Shown: piece by piece, positions 47,584 through 55,981 of the stretch
Layout of the letters: each line of letters opens with the position of its first letter
Numbering within the stretch: the stretch's first letter is position 1
Source: a virus
Taxonomy: Duplodnaviria > Caudoviricetes
DNA: 56,623 nucleotides
IMG/VR virus record: IMGVR_UViG_3300035156_000125
Coordinates: 1 to 56,623 of that record
Direction: 5' to 3' (one strand)
The notes under the pieces: generated by a model
What the model saw: only the letters and a program-made list of their open reading frames with translations
Database searches by the model: none
What the model was told of the DNA's origin: nothing
Position numbers and translations under genes: made by a program

Positions 47584-48168
47584 CTAACTATTCAAACACT
47601 TATAAAAACTCGTCCCGTACGTCCCGATCTTAAAAGCCTGATCCAATGAATTAATTATCTTTCGCGCGTTCAACCAGTCAGACTTCTTATCGTTAAAGTA
47701 GTCCACTAACTTTCGCCCCGTAAATACTCCCTTAATCATCCCGTCGAACAATATTGTCGTTGCGGTTTCGAGTTCTAAAGCCTTTTCAGGATGGTCAGCA
47801 ATACCGAACTTTTCATAGTTGGCTCGTCCGGTAATTTGCGCCATGCCGCGCCCTCTAAACCGTGCCCCGTCGCCCACATTCGTATTGCCTAACAACTTAC
47901 CGACTTTCGTTTGCGGACCGTAACGGCGGTTAAAATACGCCTCTGTTCCAGACTCGTTAATCGCTTGGAATGTCTTTGCGCTTTCGTGATATACCGTCGC
48001 ACAGATGTATGCAAGCCACCTCAAATCGTCCAATTCCCTTCGCTCCCATTCGTCAATGATAGCATTCATACCGTCTACCTGTAACTGTGAAAGTTTGCCA
48101 TTAAAGAAAGACTTCCGTACACGGTCAAAAAATGCTTTACGGTTTATTTTCGTTGCTACTGTTGGCAT
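47584..48168 (-). CDS. Endolysin, GH19 chitinase-like
   Basis: LAY..AT..HES, FRGRG..QITGR.NY, ARKIIN. Confidence 0.9.
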   Translation of the reverse strand: MPTVATKINRKAFFDRVRKSFFNGKLSQLQVDGMNAIIDEWERRELDDLRWLAYICATVYHESAKTFQAINESGTEAYFNRRYGPQTKVGKLLGNTNVGDGARFRGRGMAQITGRANYEKFGIADHPEKALELETATTILFDGMIKGVFTGRKLVDYFNDKKSDWLNARKIINSLDQAFKIGTYGTSFYKCLNS

Positions 48169-48182
48169 TTGAAATTGTTTAT

Positions 48183-48310
48183 TATCTTTGAAATTGGAGC
48201 CGAAAAACCTTGCTTTTACGTAGGCAGGCTAAATGCAAAGCAGTTACTATGTACAGAGTATGACCGCACCGCATGACAGGCAGGAGCCACTTTAACGAGT
48301 GGCTTTTTTT
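48183..48310 (+). ncRNA. Putative ~115-nt sRNA antisense to the spanin-endolysin junction
   Basis: TATCTTTG at 48183-48190; terminator AGCCACT-TTAACG-AGTGGCT-T6. Confidence 0.55.
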
Positions 48311-48896
48311 ACGCCACAAACTTCCTAACCAACCCGACCGCCCCGGCTAATACCGCCAACCCAACTAGAGTGTAAACGATCCACATATAACCGGGTGCCT
48401 CCCTTTCGACCTTCTTATTCACGTCTTCCGTCTCTTTCGCAACCGATGTACGATTACTTTTCTCGGAGGCAAGGCTGTCTTTATTTGAGTAGGTGCCGGT
48501 TTGCTTGGTTTGGAGCGTTCCTTTTTCGCGGATGGTAATTTTACTTACCCTGCTTTCATTTCTAATTCCCCTGATTTCGGGGGAATTAAAAGATAGGCTT
48601 GTACGGGTAGGGCGTATGGTTGCCATGTTCCCGACATTGGTGTCGGGAACATACTCAACGACCGTTTCCCGCTCCCAGGTTTCGTTGCCTTCCTTCGTAA
48701 TCGAGCTGTCATGGGTGCTGACGTTCGTTTCTTGCTGACTGCTGATACTTGTGCTGTCCGTGCTTGTCTTGCTTCGCTGTACGGTCTTGTGTACGCTGCA
48801 CGAGGTAAGCAGGGTCAGTACGGCTATTGCTATCAGCATCATTGACCAGACCGATGCTATAAAGGTTCGCGGGTGGTTGTAGAAATAGGTTGTCAT
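48309..48896 (-). CDS. Unimolecular spanin-like lipoprotein
   Basis: Lipobox LTS-C after a hydrophobic stretch plus C-terminal TM helix; next to the endolysin. Confidence 0.75.
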   Translation of the reverse strand: MTTYFYNHPRTFIASVWSMMLIAIAVLTLLTSCSVHKTVQRSKTSTDSTSISSQQETNVSTHDSSITKEGNETWERETVVEYVPDTNVGNMATIRPTRTSLSFNSPEIRGIRNESRVSKITIREKGTLQTKQTGTYSNKDSLASEKSNRTSVAKETEDVNKKVEREAPGYMWIVYTLVGLAVLAGAVGLVRKFVA

Positions 48897-48902
48897 TGTG
48901 GT

Positions 48903-49097
48903 TTATTTTAATTCATGCCATTCAAAGCCATATATGTCTACGTTATTGCTTTTTATATGACTAAAGTCTTTTTTCGCATCCTGTTCGTTTTCAAAATATT
49001 TCAAATTCTCTTTTCGAGTTGAGCCGCCGCCCCTTGTTCTATACAAGGGCTTGGAGGTCGTATTGTTTAAGGTTTCGTATGTGTAATATCCTTTCAT
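48903..49097 (-). CDS. Hypothetical protein
   Basis: 64-aa ORF. Confidence 0.6.
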   Translation of the reverse strand: MKGYYTYETLNNTTSKPLYRTRGGGSTRKENLKYFENEQDAKKDFSHIKSNNVDIYGFEWHELK

Positions 49098-49323
49098 AAT
49101 AGCTATCCCTTTTACTAAGTATCGCTTTTCTGCACACTTTTTTCAGCTATCCGGAATTTCCGGACAACTCAATTTTGAGGTTTCCTTTTGTTTACCCTCG
49201 GCTTAACCGATACCTGACCTAGGTATTACCTAGTGCAGCTATCCCTTATTATATGTTCCGCATTTTTGCAAAGTCTGCAAACTTGCAAAGAACTAACGCA
49301 ACCCTAACCAGTTGCTTTTTTTA

Positions 49324-49506
49324 TTAAATTGTTATGTAGAAATTGGCCAACCTTTCCCAATTAACATTTTTATTTCGCTCTATCATCTCGCATTTCTTTT
49401 TCAATTCGATTAACTGCCTTCTCATTTTGGGACTATTATAGTCAATTGTTTTTACTTTGGTTTTAGTTCCCTTTTTTAAAATGTCTTCAATTTTAGTCTT
49501 TGGCAT
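49324..49506 (-). CDS. Hypothetical basic protein (inserted cassette)
   Basis: 60 aa, flanked by ~18-bp direct repeats. Confidence 0.6.
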   Translation of the reverse strand: MPKTKIEDILKKGTKTKVKTIDYNSPKMRRQLIELKKKCEMIERNKNVNWERLANFYITI

Positions 49507-49549
49507 GTATTATTTTTTAGCGACTCTGCGAATGTAACCGGTTGCTTTT

Positions 49550-49933
49550 TTATGGCTCCATGTTTACAATCTTACCATCTGCGACGTCCGTTTTTCTGTC
49601 AACGATTTTGTTTATAGCCGTATCGGTCTTACTAAGCAAAGCCTGCAAAGTGGATGATCCGGTATAGCCGACAAAGACGAACAGCCACTTGACAAACTCC
49701 CCTACAATCGGCTTATACTTAATCAATTCATCAATACCCATCAAGGCAATGATTAAAGCGATTACGGACGCGCTTAACGCAATCCAGTCGTCCTGCAGGT
49801 AGTTGCCAAAGCTGAAATGTATATTGGCTACTGCCGACCTCTTTTTGAGCGCTGGCAGCTTAATTACAAACACGTGGAACAGTAGTCCCAACATTCCCAT
49901 TCCGAAGCACTTCCAAAGTAGTATGATACTCAT
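49550..49933 (-). CDS. Holin-like membrane protein
   Basis: 2-3 TM segments, charged C-terminus, in lysis cassette. Confidence 0.65.
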   Translation of the reverse strand: MSIILLWKCFGMGMLGLLFHVFVIKLPALKKRSAVANIHFSFGNYLQDDWIALSASVIALIIALMGIDELIKYKPIVGEFVKWLFVFVGYTGSSTLQALLSKTDTAINKIVDRKTDVADGKIVNMEP

Positions 49934-50193
49934 TTTCTATAATTTTCAGGTAAAACAATATTGGCTACATATTTGGTCAGCATACAGGCGGCAAACGATA
50001 CCCCGGCCTCTGTAGTTGTGTGCATTGGCGCAAAGAACACGGCAAGTAATATGAAGCTGTACTCTAACCAAAATGCTGCATCGCGGACCAATTGAAACTG
50101 GTTTAAATCCTTGTCCTGTATATATTTTAATAGCTGCTTAAAACCTAACAGTACCACTACAAACACAAGATCGTAGACATATATGCAGGTCAT
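49930..50193 (-). CDS. Small membrane protein (holin/antiholin candidate)
   Basis: 2-3 hydrophobic segments, ATGA-coupled on both sides. Confidence 0.6.
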   Translation of the reverse strand: MTCIYVYDLVFVVVLLGFKQLLKYIQDKDLNQFQLVRDAAFWLEYSFILLAVFFAPMHTTTEAGVSFAACMLTKYVANIVLPENYRK

Positions 50194-50432
50194 TTCGCAA
50201 GCATTTTTAAGATGATATCTTTCAGGTCGCGCATGATCTCGTTATTATCTATTACGAGCTTTGCTACCTGCTTATTCAGTTCCTTTATCTCCACGTCTTT
50301 TTCACGGATCAGTACATCTTTTGTATTGATAACCCCGGTGAAATACTTGTACATGAAGTAGCAGAAAAAGCCAAGTACAACAATTACCGGTAACTGCTTT
50401 AATAGAAAATCTTGTATTATTTGCGGGTCCAT
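50190..50432 (-). CDS. Single-TM coiled-coil protein (holin-like)
   Basis: LPVIVVLGFFCYFMY then heptad repeat. Confidence 0.65.
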   Translation of the reverse strand: MDPQIIQDFLLKQLPVIVVLGFFCYFMYKYFTGVINTKDVLIREKDVEIKELNKQVAKLVIDNNEIMRDLKDIILKMLAK

Positions 50433-50435
50433 TAG

Positions 50436-50918
50436 CTATTTTTTTTCTAGTCTTTCCAGTATACGTTTTGCTGCCTCTTTCAATTCGCGGTCTTTTTCGC
50501 CCAGTACGTGCGCTTTCATTATCTTTCGCTCCATATCAATCTTTGCCTGGTAGACCTTTTCTATTACCTGCCTAAACCAATTAACGTCAGGACTTTTTTT
50601 GACATAGTAAGATCCCACACGTAGCCGGATAATGTCTAGTAATTGGGGAACGTTCGTTGCCCCGCTTACAAATACCGGCGCTATTACATTCTGTATCTGC
50701 ATCACGCTTTTCATTACCTGTACGCCCGTCCCGCTGCCTTTCAAATCGTAATCACTAACGACAACGCAGGGCACGTCAGGCTTTATGGCAGCAATAAGAT
50801 GTTGCGCATCGCTGTAAAATGTAGCCTCTAGTTTTACCTCTGCGAAATACTCCTGCATCAATTGCAGGTCATCTAAATCATCGTCTATCACAAACACTTG
50901 GATTTCCATTATTTGCAT
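50436..50918 (-). CDS. Stand-alone response-regulator receiver (CheY-like) with C-terminal helix
   Basis: VFVIDDD, VVVSD56Y, G..V, VFVS85G, YYVK107K. Confidence 0.88.
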   Translation of the reverse strand: MQIMEIQVFVIDDDLDDLQLMQEYFAEVKLEATFYSDAQHLIAAIKPDVPCVVVSDYDLKGSGTGVQVMKSVMQIQNVIAPVFVSGATNVPQLLDIIRLRVGSYYVKKSPDVNWFRQVIEKVYQAKIDMERKIMKAHVLGEKDRELKEAAKRILERLEKK

Positions 50919-50961
50919 TTTCTCTCCTGCCCGTTTATCTTTCTTTTTACGGTATTGTCTG

Positions 50962-53949
50962 CTATTGAAAATGCAGACTTAATATGTTTATTTTCCTGTC
51001 ATAGTTTACTCCAAACATTTTCACCCTTACCCGCTTTGGATTTTGCCAATTCGCTAACGGGTCACTCACTGGTACTACAATGGGTGTGTAATCCGCATAA
51101 GCGAACCTTACACCTGCCGATGTTGCAGAAATGGTTAACGGTTGATTTCTCCAAAGAACGTTACTGATGAATGGCAGCCCACCTTCGGAATGTATCAGGT
51201 TGCCATTGCCATACACGTTGCGTGGATTAGTACCGCCAAAGCTGATTGTGTGGTTGAACCGAGCTATTACCCTGTCTGCATTGTCCAACACTTCCAGGTA
51301 TGTACCGCCCTCAAATGCGTCCGGGAAGCAATATTCCAAATTGATAACAGATGATACCGTCCATGAATTTCGGCCTGCTATGTACGTTGGAAAGTCTTTG
51401 TATACTTGATCTTCTGATCCGGGAACTGTCTGCTTATAGTTCACATACAAGTCACCCGTTTCACGGCGCAGGTATTTCATGTTGTAAGTTTTGATATTCC
51501 AAAACCTACCATTTACCGCGTCTGTTTCTTCTGCACGGCTTCTGTACCATCCGCCGTCACCACTTACCAGAACTGTATTGTAATCCAGTCCGTTCATCAT
51601 ATCAGTAGGGTCTACGGGTACAGCATCGTAAGGCTGTACAAGGGTAATAGTGGTTTCACTTTCAACTACGGTATTTAATCCACTTATTTTCCAACTATGT
51701 ACACCACCATGAACGCTTTCATCGTTGTGGACGAGATAATAGTTACTCCCAATAGTTGCCATCTTTGCGCAAAAGCTATTTCCGGCCATCCCTGCTGCGC
51801 CGCTTGCACCGCCATCTTGTGCCCCAAATTGTCCTACCATTAGTCCGTTATCCCAAACGTGTTGCCACATATTGCACTGGCCACCTTTCCAAAATTCACC
51901 GTGATAACCCCAGAAGATTGATCTCCCTTGCACCCTTGCAACGCTTCCTGCATAAGCAGGCCCTCCACCGTATTGCGCCTCGCCGTTGCCTATGTCAAAA
52001 TCTCCGTTTGAAGGAAACCTGCCGCGGTAGTAAGGAAATGTAGGTAATGATGTTCGCCATTTCCATGTGGATGCACCAAGTTCTACAGCGCCAAGATGAT
52101 ATTTTTCAGAACCATTTTGAGAGGGGGTTTGACTGCCTGGCATAGCACCGTCAAATACAACCATTAACCCCGACGTTGTTTGCTCTCCCGGTGCAAGGGT
52201 TCCACCTACACCCATGTAAGCGGGATCATCTTCGCCTATGTTTGGAGTGCTTGCAAGTGCCGTAAATGAACTTGCCCAAATTGGGTTGTTGCTGCCATCA
52301 AATCCGGTCAATGCTTTTTTGTACCATACTAACGGCTCATTTGTACTTCTGAAACTGTAGATGTACCTGATAGAACCGTCTGCATATAATTCATTACTTC
52401 CTATGCCAAACGTTATACCTGTGTACCGAAGTAATGCAGTTGGCATGACTTCCATTACACGCCAATTTGCACCGCCTTGCGTATTGTACATTAACCCGTA
52501 AGCCCTGCCGTTTGAAAATGTAATCGGATTTTGAAAGGATAGATTGTTTGCGTCAATACTTCCTATGAAGTTTCTTTTTAGTAACCACCCGGTACTACCT
52601 GAGAGAGTTACGTTATAGTCTCTCTCAAATTCAAGATGATCTGAATAAATGCGTGAAGGGTTATTTGGGTCTATTGAACTATAGTAAGAGTGAGGGATAT
52701 AAGCAATCTGGTCTATGTAAGTACCGGCACTGTTATAATGCATGTTTCGGTAACTGTTCTTGTCGCCTATCCAAAAAGAACCATCTGATTGAAATGCTAT
52801 ATACGAGTTATCAAAGCTGAATTTGTAATTTGTAACGGCTGGGGAAGTAAGGTAGCCGCCTGCTGTTCCTACTGTTATTGTGGGCGCTCCGGTACTTGTG
52901 TTATACAGCTTGGCTTGTTGTACTGTACTTGCATCCAACACTCCTATAACGCTTCCCTGTGATCCCACACCGCCGACCTTTGTAAACCCTGTGAGGCTGA
53001 TACCGGATGCAGTGAAATTTCCACTACCGTCGATTGTATATTTCGTTACTGTTGTATTCCCGAGTGTTACCCAAAGTGCATCTGCATCATCCCGAGCTAG
53101 GTGTCTTGCATTTTCAAAACTTTGTGTGCGGATTAATGCCCCTGTTGTTTTGTTGTAAACTTCCACCCCCGCGCTTCGGGACACGTAAAGAAAATTGGTT
53201 CCTACTGCCATCCCATAGACTGATCCTCCTACTGCAATTGCGTTATTATAGCCCTGATAAGATGAACCGCTACTAAACGCTACTTCTGTATTGTCTGCAG
53301 TTGAAGTTGCAAATACCCATGTACTTGCATTTTCTTTATCCCCGGCCCAATAAACGCGGGTTCCATCGGTGCAGCTAAATTCTGTTGATTGACTTACGCC
53401 GTTTTCCCTATCGGGAAGCACATTCAACATTTCCTGTTTTTCGCTTAACAGGAATGACTTTTGAGAAGTAGAGCGCTCGTTATAATGTACGCTGTAATAT
53501 CCTTTCGTACTACTAAAACACATCGAAGCAATAGGCAAAAAGCCTTTGTGAATAAGATCGCCTGTAAACGATTTGCTTGTGTTGCCAATTACGCCTTCCC
53601 ACGTATAGGTGACGTTATTTCTTAGTACTTTGATTTTGTAAGTTCCTGCTGCTATATCAGCATAATCATCGTCGGTTCCATCCCATGTGTAAGTATGCGT
53701 GCCGGCAGGGTAAACCACGTTGTTAAATATGCCCCGGATTAAGACATTGTTTGTTGTATAAACTCCGGCAGATACCGTTTGCGTTGATGGTGTTGCAAAC
53801 ACAATATCCAGTCCTTCGCCACCTACTACGGGGATTGTCACTGTGTCTCCTTTTACGTAAACCTTAGAACCACGTTTAATGTAGATGGAGTTTTGCGCAT
53901 TCGTGGAAATGGCTAATGCTGCAAAGAGTATTGAGATTAGTAAACGCAT
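50962..53949 (-). CDS. Exported protein: signal peptide, FlgD-like Ig domain, beta-propeller
   Basis: MRLLISILFAALAISTNA|Q; GVY....LIR...AGTHTYTWDGTDD...GTYKIKV. Confidence 0.72.
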   Translation of the reverse strand: MRLLISILFAALAISTNAQNSIYIKRGSKVYVKGDTVTIPVVGGEGLDIVFATPSTQTVSAGVYTTNNVLIRGIFNNVVYPAGTHTYTWDGTDDDYADIAAGTYKIKVLRNNVTYTWEGVIGNTSKSFTGDLIHKGFLPIASMCFSSTKGYYSVHYNERSTSQKSFLLSEKQEMLNVLPDRENGVSQSTEFSCTDGTRVYWAGDKENASTWVFATSTADNTEVAFSSGSSYQGYNNAIAVGGSVYGMAVGTNFLYVSRSAGVEVYNKTTGALIRTQSFENARHLARDDADALWVTLGNTTVTKYTIDGSGNFTASGISLTGFTKVGGVGSQGSVIGVLDASTVQQAKLYNTSTGAPTITVGTAGGYLTSPAVTNYKFSFDNSYIAFQSDGSFWIGDKNSYRNMHYNSAGTYIDQIAYIPHSYYSSIDPNNPSRIYSDHLEFERDYNVTLSGSTGWLLKRNFIGSIDANNLSFQNPITFSNGRAYGLMYNTQGGANWRVMEVMPTALLRYTGITFGIGSNELYADGSIRYIYSFRSTNEPLVWYKKALTGFDGSNNPIWASSFTALASTPNIGEDDPAYMGVGGTLAPGEQTTSGLMVVFDGAMPGSQTPSQNGSEKYHLGAVELGASTWKWRTSLPTFPYYRGRFPSNGDFDIGNGEAQYGGGPAYAGSVARVQGRSIFWGYHGEFWKGGQCNMWQHVWDNGLMVGQFGAQDGGASGAAGMAGNSFCAKMATIGSNYYLVHNDESVHGGVHSWKISGLNTVVESETTITLVQPYDAVPVDPTDMMNGLDYNTVLVSGDGGWYRSRAEETDAVNGRFWNIKTYNMKYLRRETGDLYVNYKQTVPGSEDQVYKDFPTYIAGRNSWTVSSVINLEYCFPDAFEGGTYLEVLDNADRVIARFNHTISFGGTNPRNVYGNGNLIHSEGGLPFISNVLWRNQPLTISATSAGVRFAYADYTPIVVPVSDPLANWQNPKRVRVKMFGVNYDRKINILSLHFQ

Positions 53950-53951
53950 GG

Positions 53952-55106
53952 TTATTTCTTAATAAAAGGTATGAATATGGCTTCTTTTGTGTTGGTACCC
54001 TGGTCTTCTACAGCTCCGGTATTGTTGAATAATATTGTACCATTTGCCGATTTCAATGTGTTTACATCCCGTTGAATGAGTATTTTATACAATCCTGCAT
54101 CTACAGTGTTCTCGGATAAGACATTGTTGTTGCCCTGGTTTAATATGAGTGAAGCATAGACCTTTTTACTCTTTCCTTCAATTACTGTATTGGATGACAA
54201 TACACAACTATCTACATCGGTAAGCATGATACCCACTTGCACATTTTCTATTGTGTTGTCAGATATTCTGGTATGTAGTGTTTTCTGCAAACGTTGGAAA
54301 CTGCCTATGCGCATACCGTACACACTGCCCGATATTGTGTTTTTGGAGATACTGGAATAATCAAAGCTCCCTGCTATACCGTATTCTCCACTGTTTACTA
54401 TCGTGTTAAATGCTATGGTACTAAACCTGCTGCCTCCTTTATTATCATCCGCAGTGATGCCGATATAACAACCTTCTATATAGTTGCCAATGATTTTTGC
54501 AAACCTGGAATACCTGGTAAGAATACCATTTGCTTTTTTATTGTAGATTTTGTTGTCATTGATTGTTATGAAGTCATCGGTACTATCTGCACTGTATCCC
54601 CAATCTGCAATACCGTCGCTGGTACCTCCTCTAATCTCATTAGCTATAATATCAAAATCACGATTGCCGCCATTAAGTAACACGCCTACATCTGTATTGA
54701 AGATCTTGTTATTTGCTATTTTACAGTTTTTCGATCCGTTTAAAGCAATGCCTTCAGCGAAGTTGTCTCTTACCGTACAATCAACAATTTGTATAGTATT
54801 GCAGTTTAGTACCATGACCAGTGTAGTTGACTGGTCCATAGCAGTATATCCTTCAATGTCAAATCCTTCAATTGATGAATTATTTGCCTTATAAAAGGTA
54901 ATACTGTGTGCCTTGATATAAGGTTTGTTTAATCCTACTAACTTGGTATTGGAAGGAATGTATAAGTCCTTGACGAAGAAACTATCTCTGGCAATATTGA
55001 TGGTACCACCTTTATTGATGGCATCCTGCAGTTCCTTCGTATTATCTACCTGCGCCGTAGCAGCACAACAGGTAAGAAAAGCAAATAACCCAAATAGTGT
55101 TTTCAT
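53952..55106 (-). CDS. Exported right-handed beta-helix (pectin lyase-like) protein
   Basis: MKTLFGLFAFLTCCAATA|Q; DNT..LQDAIN; repeated GI...I..N.I. Confidence 0.8.
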   Translation of the reverse strand: MKTLFGLFAFLTCCAATAQVDNTKELQDAINKGGTINIARDSFFVKDLYIPSNTKLVGLNKPYIKAHSITFYKANNSSIEGFDIEGYTAMDQSTTLVMVLNCNTIQIVDCTVRDNFAEGIALNGSKNCKIANNKIFNTDVGVLLNGGNRDFDIIANEIRGGTSDGIADWGYSADSTDDFITINDNKIYNKKANGILTRYSRFAKIIGNYIEGCYIGITADDNKGGSRFSTIAFNTIVNSGEYGIAGSFDYSSISKNTISGSVYGMRIGSFQRLQKTLHTRISDNTIENVQVGIMLTDVDSCVLSSNTVIEGKSKKVYASLILNQGNNNVLSENTVDAGLYKILIQRDVNTLKSANGTILFNNTGAVEDQGTNTKEAIFIPFIKK

Positions 55107-55117
55107 GGTTGTAGTTT

Positions 55118-55981
55118 TTAACGCGGAGCCACTTCATCATAGCTGGAATTTTCATTCCCTACTCTGACAGGCCCGAAATACAGTACTCTTTGTTTAATCG
55201 CAGGCGGCGCACCTACTAAAAATTTCCACGGCCATTTGTATATTCCACATCGCAGATAAGGCGGTGTTGTATCGTTGTAACTGTTCGGCATTCCCACCCT
55301 GTCAATGACCTTCGTCCCGTCTTTCCATACTTCAACTATGCCTGTTTCGTCATGACCGTGTTTAATATGAAATACCCAATCAATCCATTTTTCTTTGGGT
55401 ATTGCTCCAAGTGCTATTGTCGTTTGTCCGTCCAGCAATGTTCCACCGCCCGGCCCTGAATTGTTCTCGAGGCTTGACCATTTAATGTCAAATCGAAATT
55501 GCCCATTAATTGATACCAGTGACAGTGCCGGACTTCTCGCTCCTTCGCCTATATCGTTCTGATCTACTTCGTGCCAATGGGTTATAATCTCCGGGTTCAC
55601 GTCGTCCGCCGTTGACTTTGGGAACAACATGGAAAGCCCAACCCAACATTCTACCGTGCCTGTATTAAAATACTGTACTAATTCTGCTCTCGAAGGGTCA
55701 TGCGTTGTACTGTCTGCAAAGTTCACTTCGCACCGTCCGCACGTTTTTGTGTTGCCTCGTGCGTACTTGTTTGAAATAGCCAAAGAACTTGTTGCACCAA
55801 CTGTTGTTATATTCCACGCACCTAGTAAATGATCTTCCTGGTAGCGTTGTATTCTGATTAGATTACCCGCATTGACCTCGAAACCCGTCCCGTTGTGGTG
55901 GATGCCATTAATAACTTGGTGGTCAATTGACCATCTTGGTGTGCGATATCCTCCCGGTGTATTTGTTTCGACTAGGTACAT
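55118..55981 (-). CDS. Polysaccharide lyase (beta-jelly-roll, heparinase I/PF14099-like)
   Basis: RAEL, IITHWH, KWIDWVFHI, GIVEVWKDG, PYLRCGIYK. Confidence 0.78.
   Translation of the reverse strand: MYLVETNTPGGYRTPRWSIDHQVINGIHHNGTGFEVNAGNLIRIQRYQEDHLLGAWNITTVGATSSLAISNKYARGNTKTCGRCEVNFADSTTHDPSRAELVQYFNTGTVECWVGLSMLFPKSTADDVNPEIITHWHEVDQNDIGEGARSPALSLVSINGQFRFDIKWSSLENNSGPGGGTLLDGQTTIALGAIPKEKWIDWVFHIKHGHDETGIVEVWKDGTKVIDRVGMPNSYNDTTPPYLRCGIYKWPWKFLVGAPPAIKQRVLYFGPVRVGNENSSYDEVAPR

Noticed and set aside
400-55832. Many + strand ORFs nested in long minus-strand genes (e.g. 17518..18138, 20691..21233, 30918..31364)
   Set aside because: Antisense shadows of well-supported genes
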